Shown piece after piece: positions 20,000 through 28,195 of a stretch of DNA of 64,000 bases. The notes under the pieces are model-generated. The model ran no database searches and was not told the origin of the DNA. It saw nothing but the letters and a program-made list of their open reading frames with translations. Numbering within the stretch: position 1 is the stretch's first letter; the number at the start of each line of letters is the position of its first letter. This DNA comes from a virus (Duplodnaviria > Heunggongvirae > Uroviricota > Caudoviricetes): positions 50,160 through 114,159 of IMG/VR virus record IMGVR_UViG_2718218304_000001, one strand, 5' to 3'. The position numbers were made by a program, and so were the translations under genes.

Positions 20000-20175
20000 G
20001 CTGCCACCTCTTTGATTACATCAAATGCTGAATTAAATACGAGCACGATAGCCAAAGCGTTTATGACTACGTCGTTCACCGGGGAAAAGACTTTACGAAT
20101 GACACCGGTGAAAATGCAGTCGATGACAAAAGCTATTGAAACGATGAGTAACAAGTATTCAATAAAAATCTTCAT
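19996..20175 (-). CDS. small hydrophobic membrane protein (59 aa)
   Basis: Hand-found ORF (MKIFIEYLLLIVSIAFVIDCIF...) below the 60-aa track cutoff; stop overlaps the next start (ATGA). Confidence 0.35.
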   Translation of the reverse strand: MKIFIEYLLLIVSIAFVIDCIFTGVIRKVFSPVNDVVINALAIVLVFNSAFDVIKEVAA

Positions 20176-20214
20176 GATAGGTAGATACTAACTTATATAA
20201 ATTTTACTATAAAC

Positions 20215-20490
20215 TCACTCAAAAGTGCTGATGCTTAAAATACGCTCAAGATGTGCGGCATCTTCATCACTGATTTGTTGAGTCTCTTCTACGTACCAAC
20301 AGTTGCCGTTATGCCAACAAACACCATCATCATCAACTATCACTGAAACAGCGTCATGACCTGTATATTCAACGAGAATACGCTGGATCAGCGCGTCAGT
20401 TTCTTCGTCGTTAAGGCCATCAGCTTTGACCATAAAAAGCGGAAACACGTCATAGACAGTGCTGGTAACGATTCGAACTAAAACTCTCAT
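20215..20490 (-). CDS. hypothetical protein
   Basis: 91-aa ORF with the conserved upstream AAAGGAAAAACACATG context. Confidence 0.45.
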   Translation of the reverse strand: MRVLVRIVTSTVYDVFPLFMVKADGLNDEETDALIQRILVEYTGHDAVSVIVDDDGVCWHNGNCWYVEETQQISDEDAAHLERILSISTFE

Positions 20491-20545
20491 GTGTTTTTCC
20501 TTTTGTGGTTAGTGTTTACTTATTTTGTTAGTTATGAATAGGCGA

Positions 20546-20971
20546 TCAATCTTCTTGTTTAGGGAAAAACTGTTCAATAACTCTGTCAACGGCTGTGTCT
20601 ATATGGAGTAGATGCCACACAACCATATCTTTGCTTCCCATGCCTTGTGTGAATATCACGTCATACTTACGCCATGCGCAGTGGAACCAATATGCTGAGT
20701 CATCAATTGGTAAATCCTCTCCCGCCTCTTTGAAGTATTTCAGCAGCATTGCCTGCTCTGCCGTTGGCGTTGGACCTATTTCCTGAGCGTACATACGGAT
20801 GAATCGCTGCCAGTCTGTCTCGTCGGGGGTTGGATCTGGTGGGGTCATTTCTGCGATAGCGTTTCGTAGCTGATGCGCCCAATCAGGTTCAGGAAAGCCT
20901 TTTGCTACTTCATCATCAATAACATCCAGAGCCACGTTTGCGGCATCGTAGAGTTTCTTAATAGCTGTCAT
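20546..20971 (-). CDS. hypothetical protein
   Basis: 141-aa ORF. Confidence 0.45.
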   Translation of the reverse strand: MTAIKKLYDAANVALDVIDDEVAKGFPEPDWAHQLRNAIAEMTPPDPTPDETDWQRFIRMYAQEIGPTPTAEQAMLLKYFKEAGEDLPIDDSAYWFHCAWRKYDVIFTQGMGSKDMVVWHLLHIDTAVDRVIEQFFPKQED

Positions 20972-21050
20972 GTTTTCTTATCCTTTTAAACAAATTGTTT
21001 TCTTAATAAGATAATTGCGATAAAAAAGGCGTCCTGTGGACGCCTTGTGT

Positions 21051-23390
21051 TTACTCTTCTACTGACTCGGTGGGGTTGTCTTTTGCTCTTCGGTCGTCGA
21101 TTGCCTGCAAAGCCGCAATGATTTCAGCCAGTGGCTTCTCCCGATACATCTCGACGATCTGCGATTTGGTGTATTTCTTGTCACCAATTTCAACTCGCCC
21201 GCTGGCGTTCTTTGGCAGGTATCCTTCTTCCAGCATGTACTCGACGAGCGATTCGATAACGTCGAGGCCACGAGTAGGATCGAAGTAGAATTTCCAGGTG
21301 CATTTGCCATACGGTGGTGCAACTTTGTTTTTGATGCATTCTGCGCCTACGTCCTGGCCGATCTTCTCTTTACCATCCTTCATCACCGATGCACCAAGAC
21401 GGATACGTACAGAAGCGTAGAACTTCGGTGAATCTCCACCTGGCGACGTAGTAGGGTCGCCAAACATTACACCGATTTTTGTGCGAACCTGATTCAAGAA
21501 GATGATGCAGGCGTTGTATTTGCGTGCCCACAAAGCCAGAGTAGGGAAGTTCGCACTCGTCGCACGAGCCAGTGCCGTATTGTCGTTCATGTTTAGCTGA
21601 TCTTTGTCTTTGGCAGTGCCTTCAGCCATCTTTTCGAACTTCTCGGCTTTGGAGTTCGGAACCATAGACGCAAGAGAGTCAGCCACGATACAGATAGGTG
21701 CTGATTCGGGGATAAGCTCTTCATCACGAACCAATTTAAGTATTGTGCCGATCAACTCTACAGAGTCTTCGAAGGTATCTGGCTGCTTGTATACCCACTG
21801 ACCGTCGTCTTCGTCGGCGTTCAGTCCGTTCGCTACCGCCAGACCAACGTCGAAACTGTTTTCGTGGTCAAGGAATACGGCCAGACCATCCTGTTTTTGT
21901 GCTGACACCATCGCAGCCGTCGCGAGGAATGTGTTGTGGCTGATAATCCCGTTAGACCAGAAAGAGTGTGTTTCCGGCATCGCTACGTCGAACGTTGGTG
22001 CTTCACCTTCCTCAATAGCCACGACTTCGTCGTAGAACAAGTTAGAGTCAATTACCGCTGCCAGTTGTGCAAACAGATGCTCGTTAAAACGATTCTTTCT
22101 GCCAATGAAGGAGACATAGATTTCTCGCAGTTTGTCTATTCCGACACGATCGCCGCGGCCAATAACGTGATCTACCAGAACGTAGTCTTTACGAGAGGTC
22201 TTGGTGAGTGACTCGTAGAGTGATTTCACTAAGCCGCTGATGTGCGGAACGTAGCCTAAATAAGTGCGGTCAAAACTAATGTCCCGTTTGGTTGCCACTG
22301 CTAAACGAGCCGGAGACTCGAACCCAATCGTTGACAGGAAAAGGTCGTAGTTAGAGCCACTGAATGACAGCCGGTAATATATGTTTTTATAACCTGCGAC
22401 GTGTTTTTCAGAGATAGTTGACGTAATCCCCAGATTCAGGAGCATGAGGCGAATTTGCTGTAGCAGCAGCCCACTCGCGCTCACAACCTCAATGCAGCGA
22501 CCATCATTGACGTGGCATTCCAGCTCAAAGTAGCCGCGAAGGAATGCAATTTGAGCCTCGCTATTGGCGCGACGCACACTCAACGGAACCTGCTTGCCAG
22601 CAGCTTTCTCATACTCCAGACCATATTCTTTAAAAAGCAGCGAACGCACCTCTTTGCTAAACAGCACATGGTCTTCCGAGCCGTTATGTTTTCTCGTAAC
22701 TGGCATCTTGTCTGATACCAGCGAAATGAGGCGGTAGTACTCATCCTTGATGAAAGGATCTGTGTTAGAAAAATTCACTGAATTTTCAGAGGCCACGTAT
22801 CCGTCAGCAATTAAATAGCCCATCAGTTTTGCGATATTGGCATCCAGGTGCTGATCGCCGAATTGATGTGTGCCAACCATTGAAGGAATCGTGTCGCCTA
22901 CACTGATTTTTTCAGCATGTCGCCAGACGACATTACCTAAGTCGTCAACCACACGGATTGGGTGACGGAACGTAGCCTCGATATAACCGCCTGATGCCAG
23001 CTTAATACGCTTGAATTTGCGACGGTTGTTCCATGTCAGGTGTGAGGTCTTCTCTATCACGCCATTTTCATTGATGAGTCCAACGTTATGCTCTACATCG
23101 CGAGTAGTGCATGTCGCTTTGTACCCTTCAATCTCAAACAACTCTTTCACTGTTACCATTCCACGCTCCGTCAGCAGCATGGTGTCTGCGGTAACACATT
23201 TCCCCGCGCTTGGTGGCCCGAATACTTCTACGATACGACCACATGGGAAACCGCCATCGTAACGACCGGAAATAGCTTTGTTTAACGGAGGAAAGCCTGT
23301 GTCAATCCAATGAGTTACTTTCTGAATTTCGTCGTTGCTACCGATTTTCTTTTTCAGAGCAAGTGCCAGTGCGGATTTTCCTTTTGCCAT
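21051..23390 (-). CDS. UvsX/RecA-like recombinase interrupted by an intein
   Basis: Exteins (about 64 + 293 aa) give a RecA-fold recombinase: P-loop GPPSAGK|T, AVFLDHENS, CIVADSLA. Inserted 422-aa segment begins with Cys and ends His-Asn followed by Thr. Confidence 0.75.
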   Translation of the reverse strand: MAKGKSALALALKKKIGSNDEIQKVTHWIDTGFPPLNKAISGRYDGGFPCGRIVEVFGPPSAGKCVTADTMLLTERGMVTVKELFEIEGYKATCTTRDVEHNVGLINENGVIEKTSHLTWNNRRKFKRIKLASGGYIEATFRHPIRVVDDLGNVVWRHAEKISVGDTIPSMVGTHQFGDQHLDANIAKLMGYLIADGYVASENSVNFSNTDPFIKDEYYRLISLVSDKMPVTRKHNGSEDHVLFSKEVRSLLFKEYGLEYEKAAGKQVPLSVRRANSEAQIAFLRGYFELECHVNDGRCIEVVSASGLLLQQIRLMLLNLGITSTISEKHVAGYKNIYYRLSFSGSNYDLFLSTIGFESPARLAVATKRDISFDRTYLGYVPHISGLVKSLYESLTKTSRKDYVLVDHVIGRGDRVGIDKLREIYVSFIGRKNRFNEHLFAQLAAVIDSNLFYDEVVAIEEGEAPTFDVAMPETHSFWSNGIISHNTFLATAAMVSAQKQDGLAVFLDHENSFDVGLAVANGLNADEDDGQWVYKQPDTFEDSVELIGTILKLVRDEELIPESAPICIVADSLASMVPNSKAEKFEKMAEGTAKDKDQLNMNDNTALARATSANFPTLALWARKYNACIIFLNQVRTKIGVMFGDPTTSPGGDSPKFYASVRIRLGASVMKDGKEKIGQDVGAECIKNKVAPPYGKCTWKFYFDPTRGLDVIESLVEYMLEEGYLPKNASGRVEIGDKKYTKSQIVEMYREKPLAEIIAALQAIDDRRAKDNPTESVEE
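21933..23198 (-). other. intein with LAGLIDADG homing-endonuclease domain inside the recombinase P-loop
   Basis: Cys1 after GPPSAGK; two LAGLIDADG-like motifs (LMGYLIADGYV, FLRGYFELECHV); C-terminal ...SHN then Thr(+1). Confidence 0.65.
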
Positions 23391-23392
23391 GA

Positions 23393-23665
23393 TCAGGCTC
23401 CTTTTGTTTCGTTGATTCGTTTTAAAGCGGCGGATTCGTCGAATACAATCGCATCGTGATTAAGGAGTCTGGATACACGAGCGAGGATTTTTACGACCTG
23501 CTCGCTGACTAATCCAAACTCGCGATCTGTCGCTTTCATTCCGGCAGCGCCTAGAATTGACGGCAGTGCGATGACAGCGTACTCACCGTGATAAAAGACA
23601 ATCTCTTTTGCCAGTTGGGTGGGGGTGGTTGTAGCGCCATTAATAATCGATTTAAGCATTAGCAA
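23393..23665 (-). CDS. hypothetical protein
   Basis: 90-aa ORF between the FEN and recombinase genes. Confidence 0.4.
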   Translation of the reverse strand: MLMLKSIINGATTTPTQLAKEIVFYHGEYAVIALPSILGAAGMKATDREFGLVSEQVVKILARVSRLLNHDAIVFDESAALKRINETKGA

Positions 23666-24654
23666 TACCTTTCGAATGGAAGAACAAACACTTCAAGGTC
23701 TTCAAGGAACGAACGGAAATTCAGCTCGTAGCACAGTTGCTCGAATGCTTTCACGTCACGATTGCCTTTGATTGTTTCGATTTCGGTAGGCGGAAACTTC
23801 GTCTCAATCAGGTTCATTAGCGTGATGTTTCTCTTGAACGCTTCGAGCATTCGACAGCCTGTTTTCTCGTTGAAGGCATTCTTCGCTAGTTTGTTGAAGG
23901 CGGTCTTATGGCGTCCTTTGTCAACCACGATTGAGCCGTCGTTGATGCCGCGTACCATCGTTGCGACACTTCCCCATTCATGCAGCAGCTCTTTCGCACC
24001 GCCAGCACCAATGCCACCAACACCGCTAATGTTGTCCGATTTATCGCCTTGTAATGCTTTTGCTTCCAAAAATGCGCGAGGAGTAGCGAATCCTGTCAGC
24101 TCCGCAAATTGCTCAAAATTAACCTGCTTGTTTTTGGCGTCTTCGCGCAGGCTTACCCAGCTTACGTTTTCGCGAACTAACTGAAGCCAGTCGCTATCGC
24201 CTGTTAACAGATAGATGTGTTCAACGGTTGGCTGCGGTGCCATGCGGGATACCAGCAGCCCGGCCAGATCATCCGCTTCTGCATCTTTTGCAATGAGTTG
24301 GGTAACTCCAAGCGCGGTCATCATTTTGAGGATGTATGGCTTCTGGATAGCAAAGCCTTCCTTCATCTTTTTCATATCAGGATCGTCGTCGCGATTTGCC
24401 TTGTAGTCCGGGTAAAAGTCGCGACGCTTGTCACTAAATCCATCCCAAAGAATCATAGGTCGGGCATGGAGGATGGAGGCATAACGACGGACGTTCTTAA
24501 CAAAGCCGAAAGCAGCCTGTACTTCCATTTCGCCGTTGTGCAATTTGTCAGATTGTTGGTGGTAATAACCCAGGCTATTGCCATCTACGAAGAGATAATT
24601 CACCGGTACATTCCTTCCAAAAAGTAAGGCGTCCGTAGACGCCTTACTGGTCAC
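23659..24654 (-). CDS. 5'-3' exonuclease / flap endonuclease (FEN family)
   Basis: Acidic metal-binding motifs (VDGNSL, AEADDL, TGDSD) and H3TH motif GDKSDNISGVGGIG. Confidence 0.8.
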   Translation of the reverse strand: MTSKASTDALLFGRNVPVNYLFVDGNSLGYYHQQSDKLHNGEMEVQAAFGFVKNVRRYASILHARPMILWDGFSDKRRDFYPDYKANRDDDPDMKKMKEGFAIQKPYILKMMTALGVTQLIAKDAEADDLAGLLVSRMAPQPTVEHIYLLTGDSDWLQLVRENVSWVSLREDAKNKQVNFEQFAELTGFATPRAFLEAKALQGDKSDNISGVGGIGAGGAKELLHEWGSVATMVRGINDGSIVVDKGRHKTAFNKLAKNAFNEKTGCRMLEAFKRNITLMNLIETKFPPTEIETIKGNRDVKAFEQLCYELNFRSFLEDLEVFVLPFERYC

Positions 24655-24663
24655 GTAATGGGA

Positions 24664-25692
24664 TTACAGAGAGTCCAGCTCTCTCAGTAGGTCATCCAGA
24701 CCTTCATCTTCCGTCGCAGATGCGGTTGCTACAGATGTCGCTGCGACTGCTTCAGACTCTTTGACTGATACGGCAACGGCAGCGGAACTTGCCTCTGGTT
24801 TAAATTCAGTTTCAACGGCACGGAGGATTTCTTCATCAACCAGACTGGTTGGTTCAGAAGCCGGTGTGTGCGCGGTTGCTACAGCCGTCGCTCCTTCTGT
24901 ATGACCAGTGACAGAGCCAAATCCAGGTAGTGCCGCAGCCGATGTTTTCGCGGTTGAGGAAATTGCTGGTGCAGATGCTGCGGCAGTTGGTGCAGCGATG
25001 CCAATCAGACGACCCATAGTGCGAACTGTCGACAGAAGACGAGTTTCATCAGCCTGATTTGCGTATGCGATCAGATCATGCTGGGTGTTCCAGAATTTAT
25101 CTTCGATATCGCCTTTGTAGACTTTACGCTTAGGCGAGACGTCATATTTGGTATCGCGACCAGAGCCAGTACGTTTAATCAGGAATGCGTAGCCTTCCTC
25201 TTTGCTCAGTGGATTGCCGATATCATCAGCGATGTCTTCGGTGATTGCTTTGCAGATATCATCGAATACAGTAGACGGCAGCTCGATTAACTGGCATTTC
25301 TCAGCATCTGCGAAATCCTCACGAGCAGAAAGAATGCCGTTGACCAGGTAGCGAGGAGTGGCACGCATTTGACCGATGCGTTCTTCCATTGCTTTGTTAC
25401 CCTTGTGACGAGCGCGACCTTCCATCACCATTTCGCATAGCTGACAAGCGCGACCATGAGTATGTTGCTCACAAATATAAGCGATGGTTGCTTCTTTACC
25501 TTCCTCGTTCTGATACTTAACGTAGTGCATACCGAAAGTCTGGAAGAACTTACCGTTTGGGTCGTCCTTATTCGGGAAGATACGGATATAGTTGACGCCA
25601 TCTTTTAAGCGAGTCAGATCAACGTTGTTACCACGTTTGGCGGCAATGTCTTCACGAGTTTTGTTAAGCAAATCAAGTAATGTCTTAGACAT
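24664..25692 (-). CDS. ssDNA-binding protein (T4 gp32-like)
   Basis: Zn-binding His/Cys cluster CEQHTHGRACQLC in an OB-fold-sized N-domain, Ala/Ser-rich linker and acidic C-terminal tail; recombinase/FEN neighbourhood. Confidence 0.55.
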   Translation of the reverse strand: MSKTLLDLLNKTREDIAAKRGNNVDLTRLKDGVNYIRIFPNKDDPNGKFFQTFGMHYVKYQNEEGKEATIAYICEQHTHGRACQLCEMVMEGRARHKGNKAMEERIGQMRATPRYLVNGILSAREDFADAEKCQLIELPSTVFDDICKAITEDIADDIGNPLSKEEGYAFLIKRTGSGRDTKYDVSPKRKVYKGDIEDKFWNTQHDLIAYANQADETRLLSTVRTMGRLIGIAAPTAAASAPAISSTAKTSAAALPGFGSVTGHTEGATAVATAHTPASEPTSLVDEEILRAVETEFKPEASSAAVAVSVKESEAVAATSVATASATEDEGLDDLLRELDSL

Positions 25693-25809
25693 GTGTTTCT
25701 CCTTGTTGTGATTTGGCCGATGGCGCTATGCGCGTTGGGCTTTCGTTCATTCGTGGCTCTTTCGAGCTGTTAAATGATAGATCAGCACTTACTTATTATC
25801 TATCAAAAA

Positions 25810-26241
25810 TCAACGGGGAGTAATAAAGCGTTCAGAGCCTAATCGCTCTAATTCAACGATGGCCATCTTTGACGCCTGAACGATCATGTCTCTGCGATGC
25901 GAAAAGGCGGCGACAGCATGTTTGTATATGTCTGCGATGTGCCGTGCTTCATCCAACTTCTGCCGTTTAGACAGATACTGTGGGTTTGTTTTAACCTTAG
26001 CGTCCAGTACAGACTCGTTGAACTTAATGCCGTTCATACTCAAGTTCTTACGCTCTGTGTCGTATAGCTTTGCTTCAACAGCTTCAAGGTTAAGTTTTGC
26101 CTCTGCGACATCTCGATCTGCCTGCGCTAGTTTTGACCCATACTCCATTAAAAGCCGTGGCTGTTTACGCCATACTTCCTCAAGGTTGTCGCGGTCGAAC
26201 TCCAGATCGGCCATGATTTTAGAAAAAATATCAGTGTTCAC
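25810..26241 (-). CDS. hypothetical protein (possible recombination mediator by position only)
   Basis: 143-aa helical ORF heading the SSB-FEN-recombinase gene string; size and position reminiscent of UvsY, no motif evidence. Confidence 0.4.
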   Translation of the reverse strand: MNTDIFSKIMADLEFDRDNLEEVWRKQPRLLMEYGSKLAQADRDVAEAKLNLEAVEAKLYDTERKNLSMNGIKFNESVLDAKVKTNPQYLSKRQKLDEARHIADIYKHAVAAFSHRRDMIVQASKMAIVELERLGSERFITPR

Positions 26242-26449
26242 TCTAATAGGTTCCTACTTATAAAATCTGTATCAATTATATCAAACAGAGAACGGGTTTA
26301 TGGCGTCATGTCAACTTTGTTCAGGGGAAAATATTGAGATCACCGAAGATAATTAGTTGTCTTATTTTGGTAAGCTGTGCTGACCATCTTTAGGTCACAT
26401 ACATGAGATGGATGGGGGTGTGGCATGAACGGATGAAATTCAGTCGCCG

Positions 26450-26478
26450 TTGACAGATGTCAACACTGTGAATAGAAT
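26450..26478 (+). promoter_or_regulatory. sigma70-type promoter with palindromic operator over -35
   Basis: TTGACA - 17 bp - TAGAAT, then GGAGG and ATG at 26496; -35 lies inside palindrome TTGACAgaTGTCAA. Confidence 0.55.
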
Positions 26479-26495
26479 ACTATTATCGGAGGCGA

Positions 26496-26720
26496 ATGAA
26501 GCAACATCCGAATAAGCATATTCAAGCAGCCATTGACTATGCATTAAGTAAAGGCTGGATCTGGGTAGCAGCTGGTGGTGCTGCACATTGTTTTTGCAGA
26601 CTGCGATGCGGTAATCCAGAAGGTGAACACAAAACTCACCAAATGAGCGTATGGTCGACTCCGGGTAATCCCGAAAACCATGCCAAACAGATCAAACGAA
26701 TGGTTGATCGTTGTAAATGA
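26496..26720 (+). CDS. small Cys-rich protein, possibly HicA-like fold
   Basis: 74 aa; weak pattern similarity to HicA/YcfA (KGW...GGAAH...), four Cys; assignment tentative. Confidence 0.35.
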   Translation: MKQHPNKHIQAAIDYALSKGWIWVAAGGAAHCFCRLRCGNPEGEHKTHQMSVWSTPGNPENHAKQIKRMVDRCK

Positions 26721-26780
26721 TTTCAAGGCGGCATTAGCCGCCTTTTGCAGAAACTGTCCAACTATCTTCAAAGGAAAACT

Positions 26781-27344
26781 ATGGCGCTTTATAACTTCAC
26801 TCTGACGCTCTCAGGCGTATCGTATGAGACGGAAGGACTGGAAGACGCGCTGTACCAAAACGGCTGTGACGATGCGCTAATTTGCGCATATGGAAACTCC
26901 GTCTATGTAGAATTTGACCGCGAAGCACAATCACTTGATGCAGCTATCGCATCTGCGGTCGACAATATTGAATCAGCCGGTATCGGTGCAATTGTTGAAT
27001 CCGTCGACTCGGCTCTTGTGGGCTTAAGCGATATCGCGGAACTGACAGACCTGTCTCGCCAGGCAGTGGCGTTGCTCAAAGACGGTAAGCGCGGAAGCGG
27101 CGACTTCCCTTGCCCTGTACAACGCATAAAAGGCCAGTCTCCTCTCTGGGATTGGGCTGATGTGGCTGAATGGCTCATGAATAACGGACGACTTAAAGAG
27201 GGCGATCAAATTGTCCAAAATGCCCGAACTTTGAGTAAATGGAATCTGGCGCTTCGAAACAGCGTCTCGAAAGATTTCAACGAAATAGAGCAAATTGCGG
27301 AGAAACTGATTAAACGCCGCAAAGATATTGCGAAATGCGCATAA
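26781..27344 (+). CDS. HTH-containing protein (possible antitoxin/regulator partner)
   Basis: Track ORF 26745..27344; ATG at 26781 follows AAAGGA. Predicted helix-turn-helix around LSDIAELTDLSRQAVALL. Confidence 0.45.
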   Translation: MALYNFTLTLSGVSYETEGLEDALYQNGCDDALICAYGNSVYVEFDREAQSLDAAIASAVDNIESAGIGAIVESVDSALVGLSDIAELTDLSRQAVALLKDGKRGSGDFPCPVQRIKGQSPLWDWADVAEWLMNNGRLKEGDQIVQNARTLSKWNLALRNSVSKDFNEIEQIAEKLIKRRKDIAKCA

Positions 27345-27673
27345 TGATGCCCGCCAATTGGCGGGCATCTGTTCTCTGTAAAGGTGTCTGGCATCGTCTG
27401 GTTCGTTAACGTTTACTAAACCAATGGTGACAAAAATTAGTTATCTTTGAAAAATAAAGGTTGCATGAAAAGAAGGGGTATGCGTTAATAGCATCGTTGG
27501 TTTGCAAGACAGACCTTATGTAAGCAGTTTTAGTAAAGCAGTCTCAGTTCAGTGTTATCTTCTGATTTCCCTTCTTCGTGAGTCTCCTCCTTAAGTGCCT
27601 AAGTAAGTCCCAATCTATACAGATCAAATTCTCGCCGCACTATGTGGCTCACAAAATTAAGAAGGTAATATCT

Positions 27674-27889
27674 ATGTCTAATAAAATGACTGGTTTAGTA
27701 AAATGGTTTAACTCTGATAAAGGCTTTGGCTTTATTTCTCCTGCTGATGGCAGTAAAGATGTTTTTGTACATTTTTCGGCAATTCAGAGTAATAATTTCC
27801 GCACTTTGGAAGAAGGCCAGCAGGTCGAATTCTCTATCGAGAATGGGGCTAAAGGCCCAGCAGCAGCAAATGTCGTTGCTCTAAGCTGA
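27674..27889 (+). CDS. cold-shock protein (CspA family)
   Basis: [23 protein letters not shown]...[12 protein letters not shown]1/RNP2 motifs of the CspA family; ~71 aa; long 5' leader upstream. Confidence 0.85.
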   Translation: MSNKMTGLVKWFNSDKGFGFISPADGSKDVFVHFSAIQSNNFRTLEEGQQVEFSIENGAKGPAAANVVALS

Positions 27890-28168
27890 TTCAACGCTGA
27901 TGATCCTCATTTCTACAATAACGAAGACGGTGTAAGCCTGAGTGGATAGATTTGTAGGATTGTACAAGTTGAATAAATTAGCATGGTAAGGCCATGCTAA
28001 TTAAATCGACACAACGGCCAGTTTATTCCATAAAAGTGAATTGCCCATTGTGGCGAAATGCGGGGTTGCCGCATGAATAGTCAAAGGCAGAAGCTAACTG
28101 CCGGCATGGCAAAACAAAGTGCGTAAGAGGAGTGACTTCCTCAACAAGCGCCATAATTCTTTATAAAC

Positions 28169-28195
28169 CCGCCAACAGGCGGGTTTTCTTTATTA
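28169..28195. terminator. rho-independent terminator hairpin (CCCGCC-AACA-GGCGGG + T-run)
   Basis: Read directly; located between the csp and dnaE 3' ends. Confidence 0.5.

Noticed and set aside
21059-21322. 87-aa alternative-frame ORF inside the recombinase C-terminal extein
   Set aside because: Nested in a well-supported gene on the same strand
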